From NCBI RefSeq assembly GCF_039654945.1, contig NW_027361671.1, positions 62,868,001-62,932,000 of the forward strand: a stretch of 64,000 nucleotides of DNA, written 5' to 3'. The notes beneath the pieces are model-generated. The model was given only the letters and a program-made list of their open reading frames with translations. It did no database searches and had not been told where the DNA came from. The stretch comes from Dendrobates tinctorius. Taxonomy: Eukaryota. Shown one piece after another: positions 48,177 to 61,789 of the stretch (position 1 is the stretch's first letter; each line of letters starts with the position of its first letter). A program made the position numbers and the translations under genes.

Positions 48177-51100
48177 CAGCGCTGTGGAGTCGGTAAGCCA
48201 AACCTGCGACTCCGACTCCTCAATTTCTCTTACACCGACTCCGACTCCCACATATATTGCTTATATTTAAATGAAAATTTATTGTAGTACAATATGAACA
48301 TCAGACATTTAATCATTTTTATGATACAATAATCAAGATATTTAGATAGAACATGTATATTTATTGGAATACAACTTTAGAACACAAAAACTGTAATAAA
48401 TTGTAAATATGTAATACACTATGTAATATCGATTACGTATATATATATTGTATATACAGTTTATATATAACACTATGTAAGTGGCAAAAAAGAGTTTTCA
48501 ACAAAACCATACCAAATAACATTTGTGCAGTCTATGAATTTGTTCTAAGAAATAGAATTGCCTCCATCAGATCCTCCTTCATAGATGACCTCAAATCTGA
48601 CCTAATAATTTTAAGGCCATAGAACAACTTCTCTACACTAACTAGGGGTTGGAGGCAAAGCCGTAACCACATGGGCAACATCTCTAACAATTTCTGGGTA
48701 TAAAGGAATTGCCTCATGCACAGTCAGTTTTGATGAACGGTTGAATTTTTCTATTTCTTTGACAGCACGTGAAACCTTTTGCTGAAATATGGTCAATCTG
48801 CTTGCTATGGGATACAGAGTGAAATCTTTTTCCTTGCGGCAACGCTTTGCCTGCTCCCTGTCATCCAAATACTTGTCAAAGTCAAACTCCTCATCTGATG
48901 AGGATGAATATATGGCAGCAGTAGCACTGTCAGGACCCAAGTCCTCTTGCTCTTGACAGTCCTCCTGTAGGTCACTCATCCTAACTGCTACCTCAGTCAG
49001 AGCTTCTTTTCCTTTAGTAAGTTGTTGATCATCAAGCAGTATACGATGACTTGGGTCCACAAACAGCTGCCAGAAAAATTTTATTTTCCAATAGCTGTGT
49101 CTCTCTCCGTTTCATTGAAGCAGAAATGCCATCTGCGATTTAATCCTCCTCTTTGGGACAGGCAAAATAGCAAGTTCTTCCACTCCCTTATCAAAATGCC
49201 AAGAGTTAAATCCTCAGCTTGTAATTTTTTAGTCACCGGTAAATGGGTGATTAAGCAATTCCTTCAGTTCAGCCACCTGTGTCCATTGACCTTCATTTAG
49301 GGTTACCTGAGGGTTCGCCATATCTATAAGAAATGGTTTTAGTTCAAGCAATCGCTCAATCATTTAATAAGTGCTGCCCCACCGAGTGGCTTGATCGACA
49401 ATTGCTCCTTTCCCAGCACGTCTCTTCAAGATGGAATCAATTTTAGGGGTTCTGGCAGCAATAACCACTCACTTTTCCAATCAGATTTCCAGCATGTCCC
49501 TCTTGCAGTCTATCTCTTATTGCCAGCTTCAGCGTGTGCACAACACAGCGCATGTGATGAATATGAAAGTGCTTTGAAGCAGCTTCAACAAGATCATCTA
49601 TTTCTACAGTATAATTTTGCTGTTCTTCTGTTGTAATATCTGTTTGTTCCTCAGTTACATGAACAGCACTGTGGCCTTCCATCTCAAACATACTGAATCC
49701 TAAATTTTCTTCTAGCTGTTGTTCATTACTCTCATTCATCAGTTTAATTGTACTTATCATGTTTGAAGCATTGTCCGTTACAATAGCAAGAACCTGTTCT
49801 TTTTTGAGTTCGTAATCTTGCAGAACTTTTTCCACTAAGGCCTGGAGAAACTGGCTGCTGGGATAAGCTTTAGTATCTGTTACTGCCAGTGTCTTGGTAA
49901 CAATTTCTTTGTTGTCCCAAACATATCGAACATTGATGGCAAAATAGTTCACTCTGTGACGTGTGCAGACATCCATTTTAACAAACATGAAGCATCTTTT
50001 GAGAGTCTTTAAGATCTTCCTTTTGTTTAAGGGTTTCTTCAATCACTAATTTTCTAATACTTTCTCTTTCCAGAGAAACACCAAGTTTGCGTGCCATTTC
50101 TCCATTAAGAGCTGTAAAAGCTGGTCATGCAAATGATAGTGATACACCATCCTTCATGACAAGCTGTATGAGCTGTCTTTTAAACATATCTGCTGTCATT
50201 GTTACAGTAATTTTGTCACTTACAAAATATCTTGTTAATGATGTTTGAGATGCTCTTTCCTCCTCATTTGCCTGGCAGGAAGTGCTGGGTGCGGATTTCT
50301 TGGTGCTGCTGTTATCTTTCTCAGTCACAGCTTTGAAAACTTCTGGGTGGAAGGGTTGTAAATGTCTTTTTAGATTGGAAGCTCTTGTAGGAGCATTTTT
50401 ATCACTGCCTGAGTATGCACTGATTTTGGCGTCACAGCATTTGTTTTCCTCTGGGTCACGTCATACATTGACACACAAAATATTTTTCATCTTGAGTCAC
50501 TGTGAAATGCTCAAATACAGCTGACTTCATGGGGAGCTTCTTAGACATTTTGTAATAATATAAATTCACTCTCAAAATAATTTTGTCCTATAAAATAATG
50601 TATGTTATAATTCCATCAAGAACAGGGAACCATGTACAGTGGAGAAAATAAGAATTTGATACAACGACCCAAAAAAAGTCCAGAGCTTTCAAGAACAATC
50701 AGTGATACCCGGCAGGGGGGCCGGTCGCTGATGTCACACACAGCGATCTCGCTGGTGAGATCGCTGTTGTGTCACAAAACTTGTGACTCAGCAGCGATCT
50801 CGCTAGCAAGATCGCTGTGTGTGACAGGGGCTTTAGTCTGTGTGCTACTCGGCTTTCATTCTTTTTGGTACAGATATGGTATGAATAAATGGATAGAGCA
50901 GATAAGCTCACAAACCTTTCAGGTGATGCTGTTTTTTAAAAAGCTGATCTGCTTTTGCAGCTGAAAAACGTATCCCCAAAAAACGCAGCAAAAACTCTGT
51001 GTGTGAATGTAGCCTTAGATTAGGAATAGAACAGCCATTTACAGGACATTTCATAACTTTCCCAAATTCCTATGAAACAATATTCAGCACATTCTGCATT

Positions 51101-51195
51101 GAACTACTGTACACAATTTATTATATATTTTAGGAGTCGGTCCATTTTATACCGACTCCACCAAAATGAGCACCGACTCAGACTCCACAGCCCTG
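48177..51195 (-). mobile_element. hAT DNA transposon, full-length and decayed
   Basis: TIR CAG(C/G)GCTGTGGAGTC, subterminal CCGACT repeats, exact 8-bp TSD GTTGTATC; MITE remnants at ~50695-51015. Confidence 0.93.
48532..50548 (-). pseudogene. hAT transposase pseudogene (BED finger, DDE, dimerisation domain)
   Basis: MSKK..AVFEHF..VCQC..NLKRHL, IVTDNASNM, RCVVHTL, SVEKLF..IRSDLRSSM..EAILFLR; several frameshifts. Confidence 0.88.
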
Positions 51196-51248
51196 GTTGT
51201 ATCAGCTCTTATTACTTAGCTAGGATGCGGTGGCCAGAAAATCTCTAA

Positions 51249-51730
51249 GGCTAGTTTCACATTTGCGCTTTATAGCGCAGCGACGGCCTGCGTACGGCCG
51301 TCGCTAAGCTCTGCCCACCCCATCCGGTCATCGCTGCCTACTAGCGCACATGGGCGCTTGCGATCTGCGCACCCTATCTTTAGCATAGGGTGCGCAGATC
51401 GTGCGCTGGCCGTGTGCTAGCAGGATTTTGCCGCGCGCTGCGCACTTTTGAAGGTGCGCCCGTGTGCGCCGAACGCAGCATGTTGCATTTTGGCGCGCGC
51501 GGCGCACCTTCAAAAGTGCGCAGCGCACGGCAAAATCCTGCTAGCGCACGGCCAGCGCATGATCTGCGCACCCTATGCTAAAGATAGGGTGGCAGATGGC
51601 AAGCACCCATGTGCGCTAGTAGGCGGCGATGACCGGATGGGGCGGGCAGGGATGCCGGCAGGGGGCGGGGCTTAGCGGTGGCCGCGCGCAGGCCGTCGCT
51701 GTGCTATAAAGCGCCAATGTGAAACTAGCC
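51249..51730. mobile_element. Almost fully palindromic Harbinger-like MITE
   Basis: TIR GGCTAGTTTCACATT; arms complementary nearly to the centre; TAA/TAT flanks. Confidence 0.88.
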
Positions 51731-51823
51731 TATGGAATGAAATTTACTGATCATGTGCACAACACTTCAGGATTGTCATTGAATTTCCTTGTCTAAGTAT
51801 TCCAATGCGTTTTTGGACCATTC

Positions 51824-52148
51824 AGGCTAGTTTCACATTTGCGCTTTATAGCGCAGCGACGGCCTGCGCACGGTCGCTGCTAAGCCCCACTCCCTGCCCG
51901 CCCCATCTGGTCATCGCCGCCTACTAGCGCACATGGGCGCTTGTGATCTGCGCACCCTATCTTTAGCATAGGGTGCGCAGATCGTGCGCTGGACGTACGC
52001 TAGCAGGATTTTGCCGTGCGCTGCGCACTTTTGAAGGTGCGCCGTGCGCGCCGAAATGCAACATGCTGCGTTCGGCGCACACGGGCGCACATTCAAAAGT
52101 GCGCAGCGCACGGCAAAATCCTGCTAGCGCACGTCCAGCGCACGATCT
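51824..52148. mobile_element. Truncated second copy of the same MITE
   Basis: Same left TIR; the centre is the reverse complement of the first copy's centre; right end missing. Confidence 0.8.
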
Positions 52149-52404
52149 TAATATTACAATGTCACTTTATGAGGTTATTATTACTCTGAAACACTTACAG
52201 ATCATCATGCCACTGATTTTGATTTTGTTTTCTTGTGACATATTGTACTTAATGATAATGGTAACATTTCTTCAATATGCCTTGCATTTATTTGTTAAAA
52301 AGCCAGAAATTTTGCAAAAATTGTAAAAATGTCATAATTTTCAAACATTAATTCTTATGTCATTAAGCCAGAGATATGTCACACAAAATAGTTAATAAAT
52401 AATA

Positions 52405-52580
52405 ATCTTTATTTTTATAACACATTCCGCAGCGCTTTACAGCTTGCACACATTATCATTACTGTCCCCGACGGGGCTCGGAATCTAGATTCCCTATCTG
52501 TATGCTTTGGAATGTGGGAGGAAACCGGAGTACCAGACAGAAACCCACGCAAAAATGGGGAGAAAATGCAAACTCCTATA
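52405..52580 (-). mobile_element. V-SINE-like fragment with L2-type tail
   Basis: ATTCCGCAGCGCTTTACA tail and TGTGGGAGGAAACCGGAGTACC..GAAACCCACGCA core. Confidence 0.6.
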
Positions 52581-52923
52581 ACATTTCCCACATATCTTCT
52601 TTACATTTGCCCAATTTTGGAAACATAATTTTTCTTTTGTTAGGACGTTATAAGGGTTTAAAGTTGACCATCGATTTCTCATTTTTCCAACAAAATTTAA
52701 CAAACCATTTTTTTTAGGGGCCACATCACATTTGAAGCGACTTTGAGGAACCTAAATTATAGAAAATACCAAAAAGTGACCCCATTCTAAAATGTGCACT
52801 CCTCAAGGTGCTCAAAACTACATTCAAGAAGTTTATTAACCCTTTAGGTGTTTGACAAGAGCAAAGCAATTTGGAAGGAAAAAATGAACATCTTGTTTTT
52901 TTCACAAAAAACTTACTTTAGAC

Positions 52924-53625
52924 TGTGGTGTAATAACCACTGTGTCCTGTCCGCTAGGGGGCGCTGTGTGGATGTCCCAGGAGAAAGGATGAATGACAGA
53001 ATACTGAATGGCCGTTATGTATCTCAAAGTGGGTGGCTTTGAGGCGGAGACTTGTGTGTTGATCAGCAGTGATACTGCTGAGGTGCTGCTTTAATGTGTC
53101 AGGGAGAAGTCTCCGGGTAACTAGGGAGATGGGTGGGCCAGTTACCTACAAACCCACCCAGGGGTGTGTTTAAGAGTGTCATAATAAAGTATATGTGTAT
53201 GAATGCTTGAAGGACCTGTGATGAGGTCATAGCCATGTGACCCGGGGGGCGTGGCTACGGACCATATAAGGTAATCAGAGTAGGTCACATGAGAGAGCGC
53301 ATGGATCTGATTGGGCCATGTGGAAGGTCCCGGCAGGCCTAGGTGGAAGAAGGTGTGCTACCCTCCTAAAGACCACGTGCTGAGGCTGCTGACCCGGGAG
53401 GCCTATGTATATTGGCTGTTTGACAGGAGGGATAAGCCTCCTGTGTTTGCTGAGGCTCCAGGACTGAGCCTGAAATAATGGACAGTTATGCTTGCTTTCG
53501 CCTGAGCTAAAGGCTATTTCTTATGTGCTGGTTTATGGGTTATGGAGCAATAAACCCTATGAACTTTTAAAGGAACGTGCCTCCTGGTTGTCTCCCGTCG
53601 CACCTAAACGAGTTGAATCCCTACA
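52924..53625 (+). mobile_element. Solo LTR (4-bp TSD family)
   Basis: TGTGGTG...CCTACA; TSD AGAC; AATAAA at ~53549; related to 60567-61208. Confidence 0.88.
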
Positions 53626-55011
53626 AGACCCAAACTTTTATTTTCACAAGGGTAACAGTAGAAAATGGACCCCAAAATGTGTTGTGCAATTTCTCCTGAA
53701 TACGCCAATACTTTATTTGTGGGGGAAGTCTACTGTTTGGGCGCATGGCAGGATCAGAAGGGAAAAGCGGCATTGGACTTTTTGAATGTAAAATTTGCTG
53801 GAATAATTAGCGGACTCCAAGCTGCTTTTGGAGAGCCCCTGATGTGTCTAAACAATTGAAACCCCCCACAAGTGACACCATTTTGGAAACCACACCCCTC
53901 AAGGATTTTATCCAGGGTTATAGTGAGCATTTTGAACCCACATGTATGACACAGAAATTTGATAAAATTAGGTTGTCATATTGAATACGTCGTCATTAGT
54001 GCTCCCTACTCGAGTTTGCATCGGGTATGCACCAAATATCGTGGGTGCTCGAGTGACATGCTGCATGTTTCATGGTTGTTAGACACCCCAAATAACATGC
54101 GGGGTTCCTCGATGCTCTGTGCATACCCGAGCACCCGATGCATACTTGAGCAGAGAGCACTTGCAGTGAACACTATTCGTCATTTGTTTTTTTTACTTTT
54201 TTAAAAAAAAAAAAAATTCCTGTCTCTAGCCCCAACTGCAAACAATGTAAAAAAAAATATATTTCTCCCTCATATGGGTTTACTCAGAAGAAATTGCACA
54301 ACAAATTGTATGGTGCAAGTTCTCCTGTTACCCTTATGAAACTGCAATATTTTGTGCTAAATGCATATTTTTGAAGAAAATTTGATTTTTACGGCTCAAC
54401 ATTGCAACCTTCTGTGAACCACCAGAGGGTTTACTGTGCTCACCACACATCAAGATCAGTTCCCTGAGGGGTCTAGTTTCCAAAATGGTGTCACTTGTAG
54501 GGAATTTTCACTGTTTAGGCACATCAGGGGCTCTCCAAATGCGACATGGTATCTGTCAATTGTTCCAAGAAATTTTGCTTTCAAAAAGTCAAATGGCGCT
54601 CCTTCCCTTCCGAGCTCTGTCCTGCGTCCAAACAGTGGTTTTCTCCCTCATATGGGATATCGGCATGCTCAGGAGAAATGACACAACAAATTTGAGGGTC
54701 CATTTTTTACGGTTACCCTTGTCAAAACGAAAAAAAAAAAAAATTGGATCTGAAAAACATCTTTGGTGACAAGTAGTGAATGTTCACTTTTATTCCACAT
54801 TCCAAAATTTCCTGTGAAGCACCTGAAGGGTTAATACTCTTCTTGAATGTGGTTTTGAGCACCTTGAGGGATGCAATTTTTAGAATTGTCACTTTTGGTT
54901 ATCTACTATCATATAGACCCCCCCCCCCCAAAAAAAAAAATTTGCTTCAAATGTGATGTGTTTTCTAAAAAAAAAAAAAAAAAAAAAAGTTTTGTGAATT
55001 TTGTTAAATTA

Positions 55012-56409
55012 GGCTATTTACACACGATGCGGATTTGTTGCATTTCCGCAGCGTTTTTTCCACGCGAAAATGATTCGAAAACGCAATGGATTACTGAAGC
55101 AGTGTTAATCATTGACATTCCTGAAGTGTTATGCACATGCTACAGTTATTTCCATCCTTATTTGCAGCATTTTATTTTCTGCAGCATGTCAATTCCTTTT
55201 GCGGATCTGCAGCGTTTTTCACCCATTGACTTCCATTGAGTCAGTCAAATCTGCAGCAAAAATGCAGTTGTGAAAAGGTTTCGGATTTGCTGGGAATTTG
55301 CTGCCAAAAATGCAGCAGAATTGTCAAAGGAAATTATGTTAGAAAGGAGGAAGAGTGTGTTAGTGGAGAATATGTCTGAGTGTGTTTGCAGGTGTGTACC
55401 CATGCAATGTGCAGCCCATAGTGATTGTACTTACAATAGATGTCGTCTGATGGGACTAATACTCCCGTCTGGCTATGTATGCTATCACATATAACAGACA
55501 GCATCAGCCGATGATGGGAGAATAGTCTCATCATCTGGCGCCTGAGTTGAATTGTAAAAAAAAACAAAAAAACATTGACATAATCACATAAAATATACAT
55601 ATTCACCAAACACCTAATCCCCGATGCCCGCATCTCTTGCAAGCAATCAAAAATAATAAACCAACATATACTCCCTGTCCGCTGTAGTCCATTTAATACC
55701 GAGTGTCCCACATCCATGTCACCCGGCTGCCGGCGATACACTGACAGGAAATCTCTCACACACAGCGGTAGTGCCGTAAGTGAGAGCACCAGAGCTGATG
55801 AACTCCAGTGAACTCTCAAGGCAGCTAAGTGACACACTGCACAAGCGGTCAGTGTATCAACAGCAGCCGGGTGAGATCGCCTTGGGACACTCGGCGGACA
55901 GGATAGTATTATATGTGGGTTTATTATTTTATTTTGGTTGCAGGAGATGAGGGCGTTGGGGATTAGGCGATCAGTAAGTATGGTTAATTTAGATTCCATA
56001 TGTGATTACTGTATATACTCGTGTATAAGCCGGCTTTTTCAGCACATTTTTATTGTGCTGATTATACATGAGTCAATTGTCCAGAAAGCCGGTGAGGTAG
56101 GGGGGGCAGCGAAGTGATAGAGACAGGAGCCGGCGGCTGTAACGGTGCCCGCTGCTTATAGCAGCACAGAGTGACAGCCGCCGGCTTCCAGAAGACATCC
56201 TACTCGTCCACCAGCGTGCCCTCGCAGCATCTCGGTGGTTAAATAATATATATTTAGCCCTTTGGATTTACAAAAAAACATACAAAACTACATGAAAATC
56301 CGCAACAATAGCGCATCAAAAACGAATAAAATTCCACTGCGTTTTCTGACGAGGTGCAGAAACCGCGCAGAAATTTCTGCAAGCAAATCCGCAACGTGTG
56401 CACGTAGCC
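55012..56409. mobile_element. Larger non-autonomous Harbinger-like element
   Basis: GGCTATTTACACACG / CGTGTGCACGTAGCC imperfect TIR; TTA/TAA flanks; internal inverted block 55590-55660 vs 55920-55985. Confidence 0.65.
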
Positions 56410-56650
56410 TAACTTCCTAGCAAAAAATGTTTTTGTTCCAAAATTGTGCTGATGTAAAGTTGACATGTAGGAAATGTTACTTATTAACTATTTTGTGTGA
56501 CATATCACTGTGATTTAAGGGCATGAAAATTCAAACTTGGAAAATTTTCACCACGTTTCTGTTTTTTTCACAAATAAATGCAAGTCATATCAAAGAAATT
56601 TTACCACTATCATGAATAACAATATGTAATGAGTCAAAACAATCACATAA

Positions 56651-57345
56651 GGCCTGTTTCACACTTCAGTTTTCTGCGTCAGTCAAAATCCGCCGTTTTG
56701 ATGGAAAGACGGATCCGTCGAAATAAGTGAAAAACGGATGCAACTGATCATTTTTTTCGACTGATCCGTCTAGCGGATCCGCTGAAAAAAGGATCCCTTT
56801 AATCAGTTGCGTCCGTTTTTTTTCATCCGTTTATACCGTTTTTCTAAGGGATCCATCTAAACTGCAGAGTTTGGAATTGAAAGGGACACGATTCGAGAGA
56901 GAGAGAGATTTGGTCCCAGAGCGGCTTTTGGGGTTAAATTTTAAGAAAATAAATTCTTCCAGGCATGCTCAGTTTAAAGAAACAGAATCCGTCAACTGAT
57001 TCCGTCATTTGACGGACGGGGACAGATCCGTCGCCCATAGGCGCCCATTCTACTATACGACGGACAGGGATAGATCCGTCACCCTCTGCCTTTTCAACGC
57101 AGACAAAAAAAACGTTCCTATGGATGTTTTTTTTTTTTCCAAACGGACAAGAAATCTATGATGGATTCGCCGCTTGACGGACGCAACGGAAAGCCATCCG
57201 TCACAATCCGCCGCCAATACAAGTCTATGGGGGGAAAAAAACGGATCCGCCAGGCAAATGCGTCAGATCTGTTTTTTTTTTTTTTTTTTTTTTCCCAAAC
57301 GGCAGATTGTGACTGATGCCTGAAAACGGAAGTGTGAAACAGGCC
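56651..57345. mobile_element. Harbinger-like MITE (GGCCTGTTTCACAC family)
   Basis: TIR GGCCTGTTTCACACTTC; TAA TSD. Confidence 0.9.
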
Positions 57346-57902
57346 TAATCAGTGGGATCCGTTGAAGTGATTTAGAGTTATAACCTCATAAATTTTCCTG
57401 GTCATTAATGTGCAAATCACCTTCAGGAGTAAAGGGGTTAAACAGCAACTACAAGACGCATTTCTTTAAACCAGGTATCATTTTAATCAGAGTAACAGTG
57501 TCAACCTGACAGTGGCTGTAGTTTACTGAGCAAAATTCTGATGATAGTTTCGCTTTAAAGGGATTTTTCATAGTCTTTTCAGGTCAGTTTTCCCACTGTC
57601 ACCTTCTGGGGGAGGTATCCTCCATGTGTCGTTTATCTTGGAGTTTTCTGTGCTTACCCATTCCTTACTGGCAATGACTGAGATGGCAGGCAGCTCTGGA
57701 CAAGGTCGCTTGTAGCCTTAGGCAGGATAAATATACCTTGATGTTGTTCAGGTTTTGTGGTTATACAAGTCTAATATTTCACTACATGATTGGAGCCTTT
57801 AATGTCAGGAAATAATATCTCATAGTAGTCTGTAAAAGATATTTATTGGAAACCAATCATGTGGGAGGGGGGACACATGTAGTACAGTCTGAATCCATTC
57901 TT

Positions 57903-60103
57903 TTTTTTTTTTTTTTATAAGCTCATTTTTATTGAAGTTTTTCAAAAAACAAACCAGAGTGTAAGAGAAAATCTGAAGCCTGTATGCTGACAAGTCATAC
58001 AATATAAATTTTGCAAACTAAGCTAGTATGGTATAAAAAACAGAAATTAAAATTAAAGACTGCATCCACAAATGAAGTGTGTGAACTAGCTGAAATTAAT
58101 CGTTATTGAATGCTGTCATGAAGAAAACTATCATACTGTAATTGAATTATAAACTTTGTCCTGGAGATAGCCTCCCCTACTTTAATTCAGTCTTAGTAAC
58201 CCCAGATTATTTTTGAGATCCTCTAATATATACCAAGCTGTAGATGTGAAGGGCCCAGCCATATTCCTTTTTTCTACTAAAGAGCAGCAATTCACAATAA
58301 ACTGCCTCCATTTCAGAAGAAACTTGCCCGCTTGCACTTCTTTAGTGCCCAAGGCAACCCTTTGTTCCACCTCCATAAAATACTTAATTTGTGTTATCAA
58401 TTCTACAATGGGGGGGGAGTTTGGATCTAACCAGTATTTTAAGGAGCAGGTTCTTGGCTAATATAAGCAAGGTATCCATCAGTGTAGGAGGACCACCCAC
58501 CTTTCTGCCACAATTCTGTATTATGGTACACCAAAAGTGCAATAAGGCTGAAGGAGACCGGGTGTACCCCGAACCCCATTAGTATTAACCAGGTTTGACA
58601 CTAGTCCCCTAAATGAAACTGATGCAGGGCAAGACCAAAGTACACGCATAAGATCGGAGTTAGGAAGGCAACACTTAGGACATTCTGTCAGTCTATCTGA
58701 TAGAGGATCTTTTTTAGGTATATTGAAAGCATAGATGGCCCCATGCATAATGTTATATTGGGTTTCTCTCCACACTTCCTTTATAATGTGTTTCTTGAAC
58801 ACACTCCACCCTGCCCTGATTTTGCAAAGAATCTCCACATCGTCCAACTGCTGCTTCCAATATTTGAAAAAAAATGTCCAGGTGGACCCTCAATAGATTA
58901 GACCTCATTACAGAGTATAAAACTGATATTGAAGCAGTACCCACTGGAGATAACAAAATGAAATCCAAATCATTCTGAGCGACCTCAAAGGTACATCTTT
59001 TAAGTTGACCATGGTGGAGAGTTTGATTTGTTCAAACTGAAAATAATGTTGGAGAGGTAGGTTATATTTTGACAGACACTCTGTGCATGTCAGCCATCTC
59101 TGCTCAGTTGGGTGGAGAAAATGCCAGATGTCATTATCCCCTGCCTGCTGCTGTCTTGCGAAAAATTTGTTGTCATTATCTTGGGGGAATTCATGATTAC
59201 GCCATAGTGGAAGGTGTTTTGAAACTTTAAAAGAGAGACCAAATTTTTTCCTTACTGCCTTCCACGTTATAATAGTTTCCTTAGGCCTGTTTCACACATC
59301 AGTTTTTTTGGTAAGTCAAAATCCGCTAAAATGGCGGATAACGGATCCGTTCCTGTACTGACCACAACGTTTGGCACCGGACCGTTATTTTATCGGATCC
59401 GTCAAAGGAAGAATTTTAAAGGAACCGCTGCCTGGGGAAGAGGAGAGAGAGAGAGAGAGAATTTTTCAGCCGCCAGAACAGAGTTTAGGGTTAAATTTGC
59501 GGCTGAGTGAAGTCTTTCGGGCATGCGCAGTGAGAAATGCGGATCCGGCCGCCCGTAAAAACGTTGCATGGTCCGTTCGGGCATGTCGGCAGATGTCAAA
59601 ATTTTGGCGGATCCGCAAAAAAACGGATCCGACGGATGGCCATCCGTCAAGATCCGCCGGTAATGCAACTCAATGGGGAAAAAACGGATCCGTCAAGAAA
59701 AATGGCGGATCCGTTTTTTTTTTTTGCAAAACGGCAGATTTTGACTGATGGACACAAACGGATGTGTGAAACAGGCCTTAAAAATAACCAATCTTTTGAT
59801 TGCAGGGGGGTAGCAGGGCAGGCTAGGAATGTAGGAAGGCTATAATTTAAATGGATAAGCATAGTCAGATTCCAGCTTATGATCAGAATATGTATGTCTC
59901 TTGTGAAGCCAGTCTATTATACAGCGGGAGAGGCAGGCTAGATTGTAGTTTTTAATACTTGGCGTTATTGATGCCTCCGTCGTCTTTAGACGCCATGAGT
60001 TTGTTCAGGCTAATCCTAGGACGTTTACCCCTCCTTATAGAGTGGCTGAAGGCCCTATTAAGTATGCTGACATCAGTGTTTAAGAAGTAATAGTAAAGTT
60101 TGA
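57903..60103 (-). mobile_element. 5'-truncated L1-like LINE with poly(A) and TSD
   Basis: Poly-T at 57901-57916 with TTTATT; ORF2 remnants (ECPKC..DLMRVLWSCP); GAATCCATTCTT duplicated at 57891 and 60104. Confidence 0.85.
59284..59777. mobile_element. Harbinger-like MITE inserted in the L1
   Basis: TIR GGCCTGTTTCACACATC; TTA TSD. Confidence 0.9.
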
Positions 60104-60566
60104 GAATCCATTCTTCACAGTAAAGGTTTCTGGGGTAAAAAAAACAAACAATTGATCCATTATTTTTTGTTATTCCAAATCTTTGCTTTTTGTGTTGAGG
60201 TGTTGTTTTTTTTTTTTTTTTTTTTATAAAATGTATTTTGAATTAAGTTATTTGCCTACTGTAACATGCTTGTGCCTGAAACGGGTGGGAGACAGTGATG
60301 TCTATTTTTTTATGTTTAAAAAAAAAAAAGTTTGTTTTCAAAAATGGAATTTAAGTTGCAGTCTTCAGTCCCTTTCACACTCTAATGTTACTTTTATTAT
60401 GTCCCAATTAGAGTAGTCCTATGTTGCTGACACAGTTGTCATCTTAGGTGATGTCTGGTTTGCTGCATGTCATTTCTGATATGATATTGGTCCGATATAC
60501 AGTGAGTGGACTAGGTAACAAGAATGTTGTGGCCTAAATTCCCATAGACAGTATAGTTTAGGCAGC

Positions 60567-61208
60567 TGTGGTGTAATGACCACTGTGTCCACTAGGGGGC
60601 GCTGTGTGGATGTCTCAAGGGAACGGATGAGTGGTAGAATCCTGAAGGATAGTTTTGTATCTCAAAGTAGGTGGCTTTGAGATGGAGACTTGTGTATGTG
60701 TGATCAGCAATATCATTGCTGAGGTGTTGTTTCTAAGGATAAGGGAGAAGTCTTCAGGTAACTAGAGAGATGGGCCGGTTCTGGTTACCTACAAACCCAC
60801 CCAGGGGTGTGTCTGAAAATGCCTGTATTAAAAGGCTATGTGAGTGTGGGAAGGACCTGTGATGAGGTCAGTCACGTGACCCGGTGGGCGTGGCTATAGA
60901 CCATATAATGTGGCTAGGGTAGGTCACGTGGTGAATGCTGGGACCTGATTGGTCCAGTTTGTAAGGTCCCGTGAGGAGAAGGATCTCCTCACTCACAGCC
61001 ATGTGGGAACCCTGACGTGGGTGAGATAAGGATGAGGCTGAATAGCCTGTATAATGGACGCTATCCTGTAATGCTGTTTATATTGCTGTGGTTTATGATG
61101 ACAAATAATCCTCATGGACTATGTTATGGCTTATGAAAACCCGAGCTGGATCTGATTGTGTGGCTGCCAAGCGAGTGTCCCCCAACCTTGAATGACCGCT
61201 ACCTCACA
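60567..61208 (+). mobile_element. Solo LTR (4-bp TSD family)
   Basis: TGTGGTG...CTCACA; flanks CAGC/CACC; first ~370 bp similar to the 52924 LTR. Confidence 0.8.
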
Positions 61209-61789
61209 CACCATATTCATCGTGTTCCTGTCTGCATTCTTACAGTGGCTTCCATCCGAATACTTGTGAAAATGAGGCAGACTTAGTCTACGATATGAAA
61301 CTATGAATGGTTACATCAGGGGTAAAGTCTGAGTAGGGAGAAGGTCATGTGAACTCGCCTAACTCTAGTACAAGTAAATACAACTTTTGTCTTCCCATAG
61401 TATCTCTGTGTTTCATAGGAGTCAAGTCTATTGCAAAACATCTTTTATAAAGTGCAGCATAATGAAAATTGTGTGTAATGGGAGGTGCACAGATATATAG
61501 GTTGGGCCTCAAGTGGACTATGCGCACAATATTCCTTCACTGAGTAAGAACTGAAGTGAGTTTTCACTCTTTGTTTACCCCAGTGCAGTGATGATGTGTC
61601 GTGACACCACAGATTTCCACCACTGGTTTCTGAACAAGGTGGTCACTTCTGTGAAGTCAAATTATCACCTGTCCTGGCAAAAGAGGTCGCTTATAACCCA
61701 GCAGGAATTGGAAGTAGAATTGGTAATTTATTTTATCTAAGCACTACAGAAAATAACGAAAAAAAAATCTAAATAAAGCTCAAGGGCCC

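Larger units (their letters stand above)
52150..57441. mobile_element. Large AT-rich non-autonomous element ending AAGGGGTTAA (piggyBac-like TTAA end), with nested insertions
   Basis: Internally repeated blocks (GTGACCCCATTCTAAAA..CCTCAAGG) and related sequence at 61790-62704; left end not resolved. Confidence 0.45.

Noticed and set aside
48532-50548. Host ZBED gene
   Set aside because: Bounded by TIRs and an 8-bp TSD and broken by multiple frameshifts.
61588-61633. C/D-box snoRNA (GTGATGA...CTGA)
   Set aside because: Only ~46 nt, with no convincing terminal stem or recognisable rRNA guide; the exon reading fits better.
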